DNA from: Natrialbaceae archaeon B1-Br10_E2g2
GTDB taxonomy: Archaea > Halobacteriota > Halobacteria > Halobacteriales > Natrialbaceae
Assembly: GCA_001563805.1 (NCBI GenBank)
Contig: LKMK01000001.1
Location: 1-61,674, forward strand
Reading direction: 5' to 3'
Length of the DNA stretch: 61,674 bases
Below are positions 39,164 through 50,310 of the stretch, piece after piece. The notes beneath the pieces were generated by a model. The model saw only the letters and a program-made list of their open reading frames with translations, did not search any database and was not told where the DNA came from. A program made the translations under genes and the position numbers. How positions within the stretch are numbered: position 1 is the first letter of the stretch; each line of letters opens with the position of its first letter.

Positions 39164-39926
39164 GGCGCTGGCCGAGGTCGAGGGCCGGCGGAAGCGACTC
39201 GAGGTCTACACCGACGACGGGACCGCCGCCCGCGAGTTGCGACGGCAGTTCGCGGTGTACAACGTCGACGTCGACCATCGACCCCGGGGGCGAGACGGCG
39301 ACGGCGGCTTTCTGGTCGTCCGTGACGGCGACGGCGCGTTTCGTGGCGCCGTCGGGCTGGACCACCTCGAGGCGATCCTCTCGCCGACGGTTCATCCGCC
39401 GTGGACGATCGACGGGGAGGGGGTCGACGTCGCCGACCTGTTCGACTTCCTCGAGAACACGCTCTTCGCCTCCTCCGACCGACGACAGCTGCTCGGTGCG
39501 AGCCGCGAGTTCGAGGCCCGGGCGTGGCGAGTCGGCGCCGGACGGCTCTACGCCGGCTTCCAGCGACGGGAGGCGCTTCTCACACAGCGGGCGGTCTACG
39601 ACCGGCTCGCCGCGCGGGGATCGCTCTCGGTCACCGCGTTCGTCGCCGAGGAGTGGACCGACGCGGTCGACGGCTTCGAGGAGGTGCGGATCGTCGACCG
39701 CGATGGAAACGGGATCGCCGAGTTCTGGTTCGTCGTCTTCGACGGCGACGGCGTCGGCCTCCGGAAGTGTGCGCTCGTCGCCGAGGAGCGCGACCCCGGA
39801 ACGTACGCCGGCTTCTGGACGTACGACCCGACGACGGTCGACGGTCTCGTCGCGAGCCTCGAGTCGCTGGCCGGGACCGTCCTCGAGCGGGACTGGTCGG
39901 ACGATCTGCCGGACGATCACCGGTGA
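39147..39926 (+). CDS. DICT sensory domain protein
   Basis: SREFEARAWRVGAGRLYAGFQ, FWFVVFDG, ALVAEER, GFWTYDP; overlaps upstream gene. Confidence 0.8.
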   Translation: MTTLREALAEVEGRRKRLEVYTDDGTAARELRRQFAVYNVDVDHRPRGRDGDGGFLVVRDGDGAFRGAVGLDHLEAILSPTVHPPWTIDGEGVDVADLFDFLENTLFASSDRRQLLGASREFEARAWRVGAGRLYAGFQRREALLTQRAVYDRLAARGSLSVTAFVAEEWTDAVDGFEEVRIVDRDGNGIAEFWFVVFDGDGVGLRKCALVAEERDPGTYAGFWTYDPTTVDGLVASLESLAGTVLERDWSDDLPDDHR

Positions 39927-40414
39927 TCGGCCCGTTCACGAAACGCACACAGACACGAAAACTGAACATACACCCGGGTTTGACCGTCATTCGCTCGTCG
40001 ATTGCACTTATTTGACGGGGCGTGGTCGTCCACACTGCAGGCCCTCGTCGGCCTCGCACACTGTGACCGTCTCGTCGCGGCTGGCTTGATTCACCAGCCG
40101 TTCTCCAGTTTCGATCGAGGATTCGACAGTCGAGTCCCCATCCGGCGCTCCATCGACCAGCGGGTCGTACTCGAGTATCCGTCCGGCTCTCTATCGACCA
40201 GCGATTCGACTCGAGTGCCAGCCAGGTCCACGCTCCATCAGCGTTCCGTGGGTGATAAAGACATGCACTACGAGGGGCCGCACCCCCGTAAGCGGCGAGT
40301 AACACTGGTGCTAGTCGGTGGAGTCCTCGTGTACGTCGGCGACGCGGTCCGTCGAGGTTAGCTCGAATCCGTCCGCCGACCCGCCGCTCGTCGGTCTCGA
40401 GTCTCCCACCAGCT

Positions 40415-42538
40415 ATGTCACAGACGGATCGTCCACGTCCGGACGCCGTGCCCCCGTCCAGCGACGCGTTCGGTCCGCTCGCTACGGGCCCGTCGCTGTC
40501 GCCGCCGTTCGACGATCCCGTCCTGATCTTCGGGCTGGCGATGGTGATCTTCCTGACCGCGCCGCTCGTGCTCAAACGCTACCGGCTGCCGGGCATCCTC
40601 GGGATCATCCTCGTCGGCGCCGCGATCGGGCCGAACGGACTGCACGTCCTCGAGCGCGACGTGACCATCCAGCTGCTCGGAACCGTCGGGTTGATCTACC
40701 TGATGTTCATCGCCGGCCTCGAGATCAACATCAACCAGTTCGTCGAGTACAAGGATCGAAGCGTCGTCTTCGGGCTGTTCTCGTTCGTGATCCCGCAGGC
40801 CGTTGGGACGGTCGTCGGCGTCTCCGTCCTCGGGCTCTCGGTGGCCTCGGCCTCGCTGTTCGCGGCGATCTTCGCTTCGCACACCTTGCTCGCCTACCCG
40901 GTCGTCAACCGGCTGGGGATCGCGACCAACGAGGCGATGACGGCGACCATCGGCGGCACCATCCTGACCGACACCCTCGCCTTGCTCGTGCTGGCGGTCG
41001 TCGTCGCCTCGGTCGGCGGGGCGCTCGACGCCGCCTTCTGGCTCCAGCTCGGGGTCGGGCTCACGATTTTCTTCGTCGGCGTCTGGCTCGCCGTGCCCAG
41101 AATCGGGCGGTGGTTCTTTCGCCGACAGGGCGAGGAGAGCTACTTCGAGTTCCTGTTCGTGATGGCCGTGTTGTTCGGCTGTGCCTTCCTCGCCGAACTC
41201 GTCGGCGTCGAGTCCATCATCGGCGCCTTCCTGGCGGGACTGGCGCTCAACCGACTCATCCCCGAGTCCGGCCCGCTGATGAACCGGATCGAGTTCGTCG
41301 GCAACGCCCTGTTCATCCCCTTCTTCTTGCTGTCGGTGGGGATGCTCGTCGACGTCCGGGTGCTCGCCGAGGGGCTCGAGACGATCGTCGTCGCGACGTC
41401 GCTGATCGTCATGGTGATCGTCACGAAGTACGCCGCCGCCTGGGCGACCGGTCGGGTGTACGGCTACGACACCGACGAGGTGCTGGGGATGTTCGGTCTC
41501 TCGGTCGGCCAGGCCGCGGCCGCCCTCGCGATCGTCCAGATCGGCTTCGACGCGGACGTCCCCGGCTTCGACCAGCACATGATCAACGGCGTCGTCCTGA
41601 TGATCCTCGCCGTGAGCCTGTTCAGCCCCGTGCTCGTCGAGCGTGCTGGCACCGCACTCGCCGCCGCTCGAGAACGCGAGACCTACGATCCGACCGAGAC
41701 CCCACAGCGCGTGCTGGTCCCGGTGTCGAAAGACTCCCGATACGGCGAGTCGCTGCTCGATCTGGCGTTTACGATCCGCGAGCGCCGCTCGGAGGAACCG
41801 ATCCACACGGTCTCCGTCGTTCGCCCGGAGACGACCCTGACAGGGACCGAGGCACGGGTCGCCGAGGCCGAGACGCTCCTCGAGGAGATGACGGCCTACG
41901 CCTCGGGCGCCGAGGTGCCGATCGAGGAACACACCCGCGTCAATCACAACGTGGCCTCGGGGATCGTCAACTCGATCGTCGAGAACCGGATCACGACGCT
42001 CGTCATCGGCTGGGATGGAGCCCGCTCGCGCACCCAGACCGTCTTCGGCCACGTTATCGACCAGGTACTCAGGGGGACCACCCGGCTCTCGCTCGTCGCG
42101 CGGATCCGTGAGCCGCTGAAGACGACCGAGCGGATCCTCCTCCTGTTGCCGCCCGGAATCGACCGCAACGACGGGTTCTCCGAGGCCCTGCATACGGTGA
42201 AGCTCGTCGCCGAAGACACCGGCGCGCCGATCCGTGGGCTCGCCGTCGCCGCCAGTCCCGAAGGGGTTGATCGCTTCTCCGACCTCGTCGACCCCGAGGT
42301 CCCCGAGACGTACTCGTCGGTCGACGACTGGGACGAGGTGCTGACGACGCTCCGGGACGAGCTCAAACCGAACGACCTCGTCGTCTGCATGAGCTCTCGC
42401 CGGGCCGACGTCGGCTGGCAGCCCGAACTCCGGACGCTCCCCAAGCGCATCTCGACGCTCACCGACGGCAACTTCGTGATCGTCTACCCGGCCTCCACGA
42501 AACGGGACGACGACCGCCAGTTCCTGCAGTTCGACTGA
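40415..42538 (+). CDS. CPA2 family cation:proton antiporter with C-terminal USP-like domains
   Basis: [32 protein letters not shown]; soluble tail beginning RVLVPVS. Confidence 0.9.
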   Translation: MSQTDRPRPDAVPPSSDAFGPLATGPSLSPPFDDPVLIFGLAMVIFLTAPLVLKRYRLPGILGIILVGAAIGPNGLHVLERDVTIQLLGTVGLIYLMFIAGLEININQFVEYKDRSVVFGLFSFVIPQAVGTVVGVSVLGLSVASASLFAAIFASHTLLAYPVVNRLGIATNEAMTATIGGTILTDTLALLVLAVVVASVGGALDAAFWLQLGVGLTIFFVGVWLAVPRIGRWFFRRQGEESYFEFLFVMAVLFGCAFLAELVGVESIIGAFLAGLALNRLIPESGPLMNRIEFVGNALFIPFFLLSVGMLVDVRVLAEGLETIVVATSLIVMVIVTKYAAAWATGRVYGYDTDEVLGMFGLSVGQAAAALAIVQIGFDADVPGFDQHMINGVVLMILAVSLFSPVLVERAGTALAAARERETYDPTETPQRVLVPVSKDSRYGESLLDLAFTIRERRSEEPIHTVSVVRPETTLTGTEARVAEAETLLEEMTAYASGAEVPIEEHTRVNHNVASGIVNSIVENRITTLVIGWDGARSRTQTVFGHVIDQVLRGTTRLSLVARIREPLKTTERILLLLPPGIDRNDGFSEALHTVKLVAEDTGAPIRGLAVAASPEGVDRFSDLVDPEVPETYSSVDDWDEVLTTLRDELKPNDLVVCMSSRRADVGWQPELRTLPKRISTLTDGNFVIVYPASTKRDDDRQFLQFD

Positions 42539-42752
42539 GCGACCGGACAGTGTCGACGGCTGTCAGGGCGGTGACCGCCCAACTGGTTGGGCGCCACGTG
42601 TATGTGTCTCACCCACATTCAGACGACACGGCAGGGTACCACCCACCACCACGACCACCACTGCGCCTGATCCCTGCCCAACCTTCCTGCCACTCCAGTG
42701 GCCCAGGTCCCCGTTTCCAGCGCCTTCGATCCGACGGCAGCGACGCCGTCGG

Positions 42753-43841
42753 TCACTCCGCCCGCAGGAACAGCGACTCACAGAGGGCGTCGGGGCCCTC
42801 CTCCTCGAGCAGCCGCCGCTGGCGACTCGCACCGCTCTCGCGCTCGTAGACGCGTTTGATGCCGTCGATCCCCAGTCGCTCGCACTCGCGGTCGACGAGG
42901 TCGCCGAGGTCGACGGTCCCCTCGAGGTCCCGGGCGATGAACGAGGCGTCGTGGCCCTGCCTGATCGCGCGCCACTTGTTCTCGTCGAGCAGTTCCCGCC
43001 GGTGGGTACGGGCCATGCCGGTCGTGCCGTCTTCGTACTCCTCGGCGAGCGCACGGACCAGCGCGTGCGTGTACTCGACGAACGCGAGCACGACGTCGGG
43101 GTCGGCCTGCCCGTCCGGCGCGCGGAGTTCGACCGTCCCGTGGGCGGTGTGGGGTCGGACGTCGTACCAGAGTTCCCCTCGATCCTCGATCGAGTCGGCC
43201 TCGAGCATGCGCCGTTCGAACCGGTCGAAGGCGTCGAAGTCCTCGAAGTACGTCGGCATCCCGGTGTTCGGGAGCCCCTCGAAGATCTTCGCCCGGGCCG
43301 ACTGGAGGCCGGTGTCGAAGCCGTTCCAGAACGGCGAGTTCGCCGAGAGCGCGAGGACGATCGGGACGTACCACCGCAGTTCGTTGGCGATCCAGACGGC
43401 CTTGTCGGCGTCGTCGACCCCCACGTGGACGTGGACGCCAGCGGTCGTGTTCCGGTGTTGTGGGTACTGGATGCGCTCGAGCTGGGAGCGATAGCGTGGC
43501 TTTTCGGCGTGTTCGAGTTCGCGCCACTTCGCGAAGGGGTGGAGGCCGGCGGCGGCGATCCGGTAGCCGTGCGCCTCGGCGTGCTCGAGGAGGGCCTCTC
43601 GGATCTCACACAGCCGCTCTCGCGCCTCGCCGGGACCGTCGATCAGCGGCGTTTGGGTCTCGATGACGGACTTGAACAGTTCGTGGTCGAGTCGTCCCTC
43701 GAGGATCGCCGGCGGGGCGCGTTCGTAGACGAGTTCGTCCGTGCCGCTCGTGGGGCGGCCGGTCTCGTCGACGACGTAACACTCCTCTTCGATCCCCAGC
43801 GTGCCCATTCGCGTAAACGATTCCGGCGACCCGCGTTCCAT
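42753..43841 (-). CDS. gshA: Glutamate--cysteine ligase (GCS2 family)
   Basis: TLGIEEE, GVHVHVG, SANSPF, WYDVRP, TVELR, ENKWRA. Confidence 0.9.
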   Translation of the reverse strand: MERGSPESFTRMGTLGIEEECYVVDETGRPTSGTDELVYERAPPAILEGRLDHELFKSVIETQTPLIDGPGEARERLCEIREALLEHAEAHGYRIAAAGLHPFAKWRELEHAEKPRYRSQLERIQYPQHRNTTAGVHVHVGVDDADKAVWIANELRWYVPIVLALSANSPFWNGFDTGLQSARAKIFEGLPNTGMPTYFEDFDAFDRFERRMLEADSIEDRGELWYDVRPHTAHGTVELRAPDGQADPDVVLAFVEYTHALVRALAEEYEDGTTGMARTHRRELLDENKWRAIRQGHDASFIARDLEGTVDLGDLVDRECERLGIDGIKRVYERESGASRQRRLLEEEGPDALCESLFLRAE

Positions 43842-43940
43842 CGTCTCCCGTTTGCGCCCGCGACAGTAAATACGGTTTGGAGTCGGAATCCCAGAATCCG
43901 AGTCTGGCTGATAGCCGGCACCAAGCTCCAGCAGTCCGTC

Positions 43941-45524
43941 TCAGGACGCGATTGACTCCCCGTCGGGATCGACGGCCGCCTCGTCCTCCCGGAGCTTGAA
44001 CTTCTGAACCTTGCCGCTCGGATTCTTCGGGAGCTCGTCGACGAAGTAGTACGCTCGAGGCCGCTTGAAGTCGGCGAGCTGGTCGCTCTCGAGCGCGAAC
44101 TCGTCCAAGTCCTCGGCGTCGACGTCGTCGCTGACGACGTACGCGACGACGCGTTCGCCCCACTCCTCGTCGGCTTCGCCGAGGACGGCCGCCTCCTCGA
44201 CGGCGTCGTGGGCGAACAGCACGTCTTCAACCTCGGCCGGGTAGACGTTCTCGCCGCCGGAGACGATCATGTCGTCCTTCCGGTCGACGACGTAGAGGTA
44301 GCCGTCGTCGTCGCGGTAGCCGAGGTCGCCGGTGTAGTACCAGGTCGTGCCGTCGGCTTCACGGAGCGATCGGGCCGTCGCCTCCGGGCGGTTCCAGTAC
44401 TCCCGCATGACACACGGGCTCGCGAGCAGGATCTCGCCGATCTCGCCGTCTTCGAGTTCGTGGTCGGGATCGGCGTCGGGGTCGACGATCCGCACCTGGT
44501 GGTTGAGTGCGGGAAGGCCCGCGGAGCCCTGTTTCGGCACCTGGTCTGCGGGCGACTGGAAGACGCCCGCGGGGCCGATCTCGGTCATCCCGTAGGCCTG
44601 GACGTAGTCCTCACAGAGGTGGTCCCGGCAGTTCTCGAGTACCTGTTCGGGCATCGGCGCCGCGCCGTAGAGTCCGACCCGGAGCGAGGAGACGTCGACG
44701 TCGGCCTCGGCGGCGGTCAGCGACAGCGCGTTCCAGGCGGTCGGCGCGGCGAACAGGATCGAGACGTCGTGTTCCGCGATGGCCTCGAGCGTCGCCTCGG
44801 GATCGAACTCGTGGTGGATGACGGTCGTCGCGCCGCGGTGGATGCGCGGGAACAGACAGCAGTGGAGTTCGGCACAGTGATACAGCGGCATTACCGAGAG
44901 GCCGACGTCGTCGCGGGTGAGGTTCATCTCCGCGATACAGAGGAGGTCGTGCTCGACCATGCTCCGGTGTTCGTGGACGACGCCCTTCGGCCGACCCGTC
45001 GTCCCCGAGGTGTAGATGAAGGCGTAGACGTCGTCCTCGGCGACTCGAACGTCGGGCCTGTCGGACGGCGCGTCCTCGAGCAACTCGTAAAAGTCACGCG
45101 CGTACGCCGGGGCATCGTCGTCGATCGAGACGTACTCCTCGACGCTCTCGAGTGAGGGGCGTGCCGCCGAGACGGCCGCCTCGGTCGCGGACTCGAAGAC
45201 GAGGACGGACGCCTCGGCGTCGGTGACGATGTACCCGAGTTCGCCCGCCGGCAGTCGGAAGTTCAGCGGCGTGAAGACGGCCCCGAGTTTGGCACACGCG
45301 TACACCGTCAGCGCCATCTCCGAGCCGTTGTGGAGGACGGTCGCGACCCGGTCGCCTTTCTCGACGCCCAGATCGGCGAGCGCGTTCGCCAGTCGATTCA
45401 CCCGGTCGTCGAACTCACGATAGGTCCATCGCTGGCCCTTTCTGGGGTAGACGATGGCGTCCCGGTCGGGGTAGCGATCGACCGTCTGCTCGAGCGTGTC
45501 GGCTATCGTGGGGTGTTTAGACAT
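43941..45524 (-). CDS. Long-chain fatty acid--CoA ligase / AMP-binding enzyme
   Basis: YTSGTTGRPKG, YGMTE, TGDLG, DRKDDMIVSGGENVYP, LPKNPSGK. Confidence 0.93.
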   Translation of the reverse strand: MSKHPTIADTLEQTVDRYPDRDAIVYPRKGQRWTYREFDDRVNRLANALADLGVEKGDRVATVLHNGSEMALTVYACAKLGAVFTPLNFRLPAGELGYIVTDAEASVLVFESATEAAVSAARPSLESVEEYVSIDDDAPAYARDFYELLEDAPSDRPDVRVAEDDVYAFIYTSGTTGRPKGVVHEHRSMVEHDLLCIAEMNLTRDDVGLSVMPLYHCAELHCCLFPRIHRGATTVIHHEFDPEATLEAIAEHDVSILFAAPTAWNALSLTAAEADVDVSSLRVGLYGAAPMPEQVLENCRDHLCEDYVQAYGMTEIGPAGVFQSPADQVPKQGSAGLPALNHQVRIVDPDADPDHELEDGEIGEILLASPCVMREYWNRPEATARSLREADGTTWYYTGDLGYRDDDGYLYVVDRKDDMIVSGGENVYPAEVEDVLFAHDAVEEAAVLGEADEEWGERVVAYVVSDDVDAEDLDEFALESDQLADFKRPRAYYFVDELPKNPSGKVQKFKLREDEAAVDPDGESIAS

Positions 45525-45624
45525 GCCACACCAGCGTACACTGGTCGCCTATTTAATATTTATTCGTCCGGGAAAGGGCCAACGGGTCCGAAACGGTGTG
45601 GTGAGTTCGGCGCTTCTCGCCGAC

Positions 45625-46260
45625 TCAGCGTGGCCTGGCGACGATCCCCAGGTGATCCGTGTGGTACTCCTCGAGTCGGCGGCGCTCGAGAATCTCGTAT
45701 GCCGCCTCGAGTTCCGCTTCGACGTCGGCGAACACGTCCGCTGGATCGCGAGTCACGTCTTCGCTTCGGGCCTTGACGGCGAGCAGGAGTCGACCGTCGT
45801 CGGCCAAAAAGCGGCGGTTCTCGAGGGCGACCCGGGCCTGCCCGCGGGTCGCGACGTCCTGGACGATGGCGTCGACGTCGCTCTCGACGACGTGAGCGTA
45901 CGTCTCCGGCGTGCGGGCGTCCGCGAGCAGGGGGAACAGCCGCGGGCGCGACTCCGCGGCCGACAGCAGGTCTCGAGCGGGCCGGGGCGCGAACTCGACG
46001 GCGTACGTCGGCCCGGCGAAGTCCGCGACGTGGCTCACGGTCGTCCCACTTGCGGCGCCGAGGTAGAGCACGGTGTCGCCGCCGTCGAAGCCGCCCTCCA
46101 TCCCCAGCTCGAACATCGCACCGAGTTTCGAACGGGTCGGATCCCATGCGCGCCACTCCCCGTCGGTCGGCTCGCCGTAGACCGGCTCACCGCGAGTGGC
46201 GAGGCGGTCGACGCCGTCGAAGTCGCGTCGTTCGACGCCTGCAGGCAGGTTATCACTCAT
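45625..46260 (-). CDS. flpA: Fibrillarin-like rRNA/tRNA 2'-O-methyltransferase
   Basis: WDPTRSKLGA, VLYLGAASGTTVSHVAD, AVEFAPR, QDVA; start ATG 46260. Confidence 0.95.
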   Translation of the reverse strand: MSDNLPAGVERRDFDGVDRLATRGEPVYGEPTDGEWRAWDPTRSKLGAMFELGMEGGFDGGDTVLYLGAASGTTVSHVADFAGPTYAVEFAPRPARDLLSAAESRPRLFPLLADARTPETYAHVVESDVDAIVQDVATRGQARVALENRRFLADDGRLLLAVKARSEDVTRDPADVFADVEAELEAAYEILERRRLEEYHTDHLGIVARPR

Positions 46261-47113
46261 CGGTGTCACCTCCACTGTCCGTCCGCGCCTGGATCGTCGC
46301 GATCCGGTCGTCGAGTTCGGCCTCGAGTTCGGGTTTTAGCTCGCCGGAGTAGTGGTCGACGCGGGCGGCGATGGCGAGTTTACCGGCCAGGGCACGCGCA
46401 GCAGAGCCGCGATTCTCCGGGTGGGTGCCGCGAACCGCGTCGTGGACGTAGATGATGCCGTGTTTCGGCGACGGCGCACGCCCGTGAAGATGCGCGAACA
46501 GCGCGTCCTCGGCGCCGAGTACCTGGACCGTTCCGCTGGGCTTCTTCGCGAGCGACTCGAGGCCGCCGGCCAGCGAGATCAGTCGTGCGGCGAGGACGGG
46601 GCCGGCGAGCGCGGCGAGGTTGGGCGCGACCACTGGCGTCCGTTCCTCGACGAACGCCCGGAGCGCCGCGGCTTCGTCGGCGAGCCCGACGACGCGGTCG
46701 GCGAGGGAGACGAGCCGTCGTTCTTCCGGCGGCACATCGGCTCGGCTCGCCAGTTCTCGAGCGTAGTCGACGCCGGTTCTCGCGTCGGGATCGACAGTTC
46801 CGGCCCACTCGGCGAGACGTTCGGCGAGTTCGTTCGCCGTCCGCTCGCAGTCGTCCATCGCCCGGACGGCGTGGACGAGCTGTCGGTCGTCCGCAGCCTC
46901 GCGTTCGCGAATCGTCTCGCGGGCAGCCATCGTCGTCGCTTCGTGCAATCGATCGTAGTACGCGTCTTCGTCGACGGCGAAGCCGGCCTCGACGGCCAGC
47001 GCCGGCCAGTCGGCCGGCGCGTCGGCACGCCCCTCTTCGATCGCTTCGCGGGCGCCCTCGAGTCCGTCGGGATCGACGTCGTCGAACCACCCCCTATCGG
47101 GGTTCTCGCTCAT
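46253..47113 (-). CDS. nop5: Nop5 (Nop56/58) C/D box sRNP protein
   Basis: APNLAALAG, PSGTVQVLGAEDALF, PKHGIIY, LAGKLAIAARVD. Confidence 0.95.
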   Translation of the reverse strand: MSENPDRGWFDDVDPDGLEGAREAIEEGRADAPADWPALAVEAGFAVDEDAYYDRLHEATTMAARETIREREAADDRQLVHAVRAMDDCERTANELAERLAEWAGTVDPDARTGVDYARELASRADVPPEERRLVSLADRVVGLADEAAALRAFVEERTPVVAPNLAALAGPVLAARLISLAGGLESLAKKPSGTVQVLGAEDALFAHLHGRAPSPKHGIIYVHDAVRGTHPENRGSAARALAGKLAIAARVDHYSGELKPELEAELDDRIATIQARTDSGGDTDE

Positions 47114-47176
47114 GGGCCGACCTACTCGTGGGGACTGTAAATGCGTTCCCGATCCGACGCGCCACCGGGTCGGCGC

Positions 47177-47557
47177 TCACTCGTCGTAGCGAGCGATCTC
47201 GACGAGGTTATCGTCGGGGTCGCGGACGTACACCGACGTGATCGGCCCGACCGCACCCGTGCGTTCGACCGGGCCCATGACGATCTCGATATCGTGTTCG
47301 CGGAGCTCGGCCTGGACTTCCTCGAGCGGCGTCTCGGTGAGCAGACAGACGTCTCCCGCACCGGGTGTCGGCGCCGCAGAGACGGGATCGAACTCGTTGT
47401 CCTCGGGGTGCAAGTTGATCTTCTGGTCGCCGAACTGGACCGCCGTTCGGCCGTCCCCGAAGGTCACGACCTCGCCGCCGAGCGTCTCGTAAAACGCACA
47501 GGTTCGCGAGACGTCCGCGACGGTGAATACGAAGTGGTCGATGCCGGTGACGTTCAC
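47177..47557 (-). CDS. VOC (glyoxalase-like) family protein
   Basis: GIDHFVFTV, QKINLH, GPVERTGA, SVYVRDPDDNLVEI; GTG start at 47557 inferred. Confidence 0.88.
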   Translation of the reverse strand: MNVTGIDHFVFTVADVSRTCAFYETLGGEVVTFGDGRTAVQFGDQKINLHPEDNEFDPVSAAPTPGAGDVCLLTETPLEEVQAELREHDIEIVMGPVERTGAVGPITSVYVRDPDDNLVEIARYDE

Positions 47558-47711
47558 GAGGACCGCCTCGTGTCGTTCGGTGGGTGTTCCATAGCGTTCC
47601 TTTCGGTACCGTCGAGAAAAGCCCTCGGCACGAACAGCGGGTTCTACGAGATCCCCCACGGCACCGAGCCGTCAAGAGGTGCCGCCGTAGAACCGATCAC
47701 CGACAGCCGGA

Positions 47712-50066
47712 TCACCGACGGCCGAACAGTCGCTCGCGCAGCGAGCGCGACGTTGGCCGCTCGGCGAGGACGACCGAACAGTCGACCTCGTTGACGACGT
47801 CGTAGGCGAGCGAGCCACGGAGAAGCCGCGAGAGCAGTCCGCGCTCCGTCGCCCCGATGATCAACAGCGAGTGATCCCGAGACGCTGCAGCGATGGCACC
47901 CTCGACGTCGCCGGAGGCGTCGATGTGGATCGCCGCGTCCTCGAGGTCGCGTTCGGCGGCCCACTCCTCGAGGAACGCCTGGCCCTCGGCGCGGTCGGCC
48001 TCGTCGTCGACGATGTGCAAGAGCGTGATCTCGGAGCCGACCTGATCGCGCAGGTAGCGGGCGACCTCGGCGCTCAGGTCGGAGTCCGGGCCGCCGGCCG
48101 TCGGGACCAACACGCGGTCGGTCTCGAGGTCGCGATCTCTGAGCACGAGGAAGTCACACGGCAGGTCGTGGGTGAGTTCGTCGATGGGCCGTTCCGCGCG
48201 GCCGGCCGACCACGGTCGGCCCGCTCCCCAGCCCATGACGACCGTGTCGGCGTCCTCGCGGCGGGCGACGTCGAACACCTCCTCGAACGAGCGGTGCGAG
48301 ACGACGGTGCGAACGTCCACGGGGACGTCGAAGGTCTCCGTGCGGTCGCGAACCTGTGTCATCAGCCGCTGAGATTCCTCGTCGATCCGTCGGATATGTT
48401 CGGAACCCTCCTCGAGCGGCGTCTGGTCGGGCACCTCGACGACGTGGACGGCCTGGACGCGGCCGTCGTTCGCCTTCGCGACCGTACTCGCGAGCGAGAG
48501 GAGCTGGGCCTCTGTCCGCGGGTTCGAGACGGGGACGACGACGGTGTAGTCCTCGCCGCCGGAGGGCCGAACGGCGTCGGCCGCGGTGACCGCCACGTCG
48601 GGCATCTCGGCGGAGCGATCCAGGATGTAGGTCCCGAGAATTCCCTCGAGGGGCGTCTTGTCCCGTGCGTAGACGAAGTACCAGACGACCGCGAAGAGGA
48701 CGAATACCGCGCTGATCGCGACCGCGATGGGGTCCATGAAGTAGATCAGCGCGAGCGAGAGGACGAAGCCGGCGATCGGCAGGTACGGGTAGAACGGGAC
48801 CTCGAAGTCGGGGTCGTACTCCGGCGGGTTCGTCTCCCGGAAGACGATCAGCGAGGCGTTGATCAGCGCGTAGACGACGAGATGGAGGACGCTCGCCGCA
48901 CTCGAGAGGATCGCGACGGTCTCGCCGAGGCCGATGATGAAGACGATGATGAGCAAGCCGGTGATTGCAATCGATCGGTACGGCGTCGCGAACCGGGGGT
49001 GGATCTCGTTGAGCGAGTCGGTGACGATCTTGTCACGGCCCATCGCGAAGTTGATCCGGGCCGACGCGAGGATCGACGCGTTCGCGGAGGAGGCGGTCGC
49101 GAGCAACGCCGCGAGCGTGATCGACGTCACGCCGGCACCGAGGATCGAAATCTCGAGGCCGGCGACCGTAAAGGCGTAATCGAAGACGATCTCGGCGGCG
49201 TGGGTCATCGGCGCGTTCTCGACGGTTTCGAGGAAGAAGTCCTCGTGTGGGATCAGCCCCATCAGGATGCCGACGAGGATCGTGTAGATGACCATCACGA
49301 TGCCGACGCTACCGATGATTGCGATCGGGAGGTTCCGGCCGGGGTTTTTGAGCTCCTCGCCGATGGTCGCGATCTTCGCGTAGCCGAGATAGGAGACGAA
49401 GACGAGCGCCGCGCCGGGGAGGATGGCGACGGTCCCTTCGGGGACGTAGCTGCCGTCGGCGGCGACGGTGCCCCAGTCGAACGAGAAGAAGCCGGCGATG
49501 GCGAAGATCGTCAGCAGGCCGAGCAAGAGCGTGACGATGGCGGTCTGGATGCCGCCGGTCTCCTTCGCGCCGATGTAGTTGACGCCGACGAAGACGACGC
49601 CGGCGATCACCGCCCCGATCTGGATCTCGGAGAGGACGATCGGGCCGAGCGCGATCGTCGGGAGGAGCGCGAACTCCCCGATGCCGGGAATCGAGAGGAC
49701 GGTCCCGTCGAGCAAGTCGGCGAGGTAGCCGCCGAAACCGATCGCGTAGAACGCACTCGCGAACGCGAGGCCGATCCAGTCACCCATGCCCGAGATGGAA
49801 CCGAACAGCGGTCCCAGCGCCCGGTTGATGTAGTAGTACGCGCCGCCGGCTTTCGGCATCGCAGTGCCGAGTTCGCTCACCGAAAACGCGTTTATCATGG
49901 CGATCATCCCACCGATCACGAACGAGATGACGACCGCCGGACCCGCCTGCTGGGCGGCGATGCCAGGCAGGACGAAAATGCCGGCGCCGATCATCGTTCC
50001 GATCCCGATAGAGAGCGCCGAGATCAACCCGAGGTCTTTCGCGAGTTCTTCGTCCGCGCTAGTCAT
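47712..50066 (-). CDS. APC family amino acid permease fused to two USP domains
   Basis: GTMIGAGIF, ELGTAMPKAGG, EELKNPGRNLP; USP tails VVVPVSNP and VLVPTAGG; SD GGGAGGT at 50080-50074. Confidence 0.92.
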   Translation of the reverse strand: MTSADEELAKDLGLISALSIGIGTMIGAGIFVLPGIAAQQAGPAVVISFVIGGMIAMINAFSVSELGTAMPKAGGAYYYINRALGPLFGSISGMGDWIGLAFASAFYAIGFGGYLADLLDGTVLSIPGIGEFALLPTIALGPIVLSEIQIGAVIAGVVFVGVNYIGAKETGGIQTAIVTLLLGLLTIFAIAGFFSFDWGTVAADGSYVPEGTVAILPGAALVFVSYLGYAKIATIGEELKNPGRNLPIAIIGSVGIVMVIYTILVGILMGLIPHEDFFLETVENAPMTHAAEIVFDYAFTVAGLEISILGAGVTSITLAALLATASSANASILASARINFAMGRDKIVTDSLNEIHPRFATPYRSIAITGLLIIVFIIGLGETVAILSSAASVLHLVVYALINASLIVFRETNPPEYDPDFEVPFYPYLPIAGFVLSLALIYFMDPIAVAISAVFVLFAVVWYFVYARDKTPLEGILGTYILDRSAEMPDVAVTAADAVRPSGGEDYTVVVPVSNPRTEAQLLSLASTVAKANDGRVQAVHVVEVPDQTPLEEGSEHIRRIDEESQRLMTQVRDRTETFDVPVDVRTVVSHRSFEEVFDVARREDADTVVMGWGAGRPWSAGRAERPIDELTHDLPCDFLVLRDRDLETDRVLVPTAGGPDSDLSAEVARYLRDQVGSEITLLHIVDDEADRAEGQAFLEEWAAERDLEDAAIHIDASGDVEGAIAAASRDHSLLIIGATERGLLSRLLRGSLAYDVVNEVDCSVVLAERPTSRSLRERLFGRR

Positions 50067-50130
50067 GGGCAATACCTCCCTGTTGATCGCCGTGACGTCG
50101 GGTAACAGTCAGAACCATTGTGGGTCGTCG

Positions 50131-50220
50131 TTACCGAACCCGGTCCGACAGGCGGGTCGAACGTGGCCGATAGCTGTCCGTTCGACGAACATTCAGAACT
50201 CGACGGTGCATATTCGACAT
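50131..50220 (-). CDS. Candidate leaderless upstream small ORF (29 aa, Arg-rich)
   Basis: MSNMHRRVLNVRRTDSYRPRSTRLSDRVR; ATG lies about 27 nt downstream of a TTAAG box. Confidence 0.3.
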   Translation of the reverse strand: MSNMHRRVLNVRRTDSYRPRSTRLSDRVR

Positions 50221-50310
50221 AGTATGGCGATACGGTACTTGGTCCTTAACTCGTTCGTTTGACGATCGGAACACGTGTGATCGACCGTGACCGACGCGAC
50301 GGTCGATCAA

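Noticed and set aside
42637-42662. ACC/CCA trinucleotide-like run between convergent genes
   Set aside because: Short, imperfect low-complexity sequence with no further structure
47871-50105. 744-aa plus-strand ORF, and similar long antisense ORFs (2796-4298, 27223-28665, 40418-42193, 52973-54628)
   Set aside because: Shadow frames of well-supported genes; GC-rich codon bias suppresses stops on the opposite strand; no recognisable motifs
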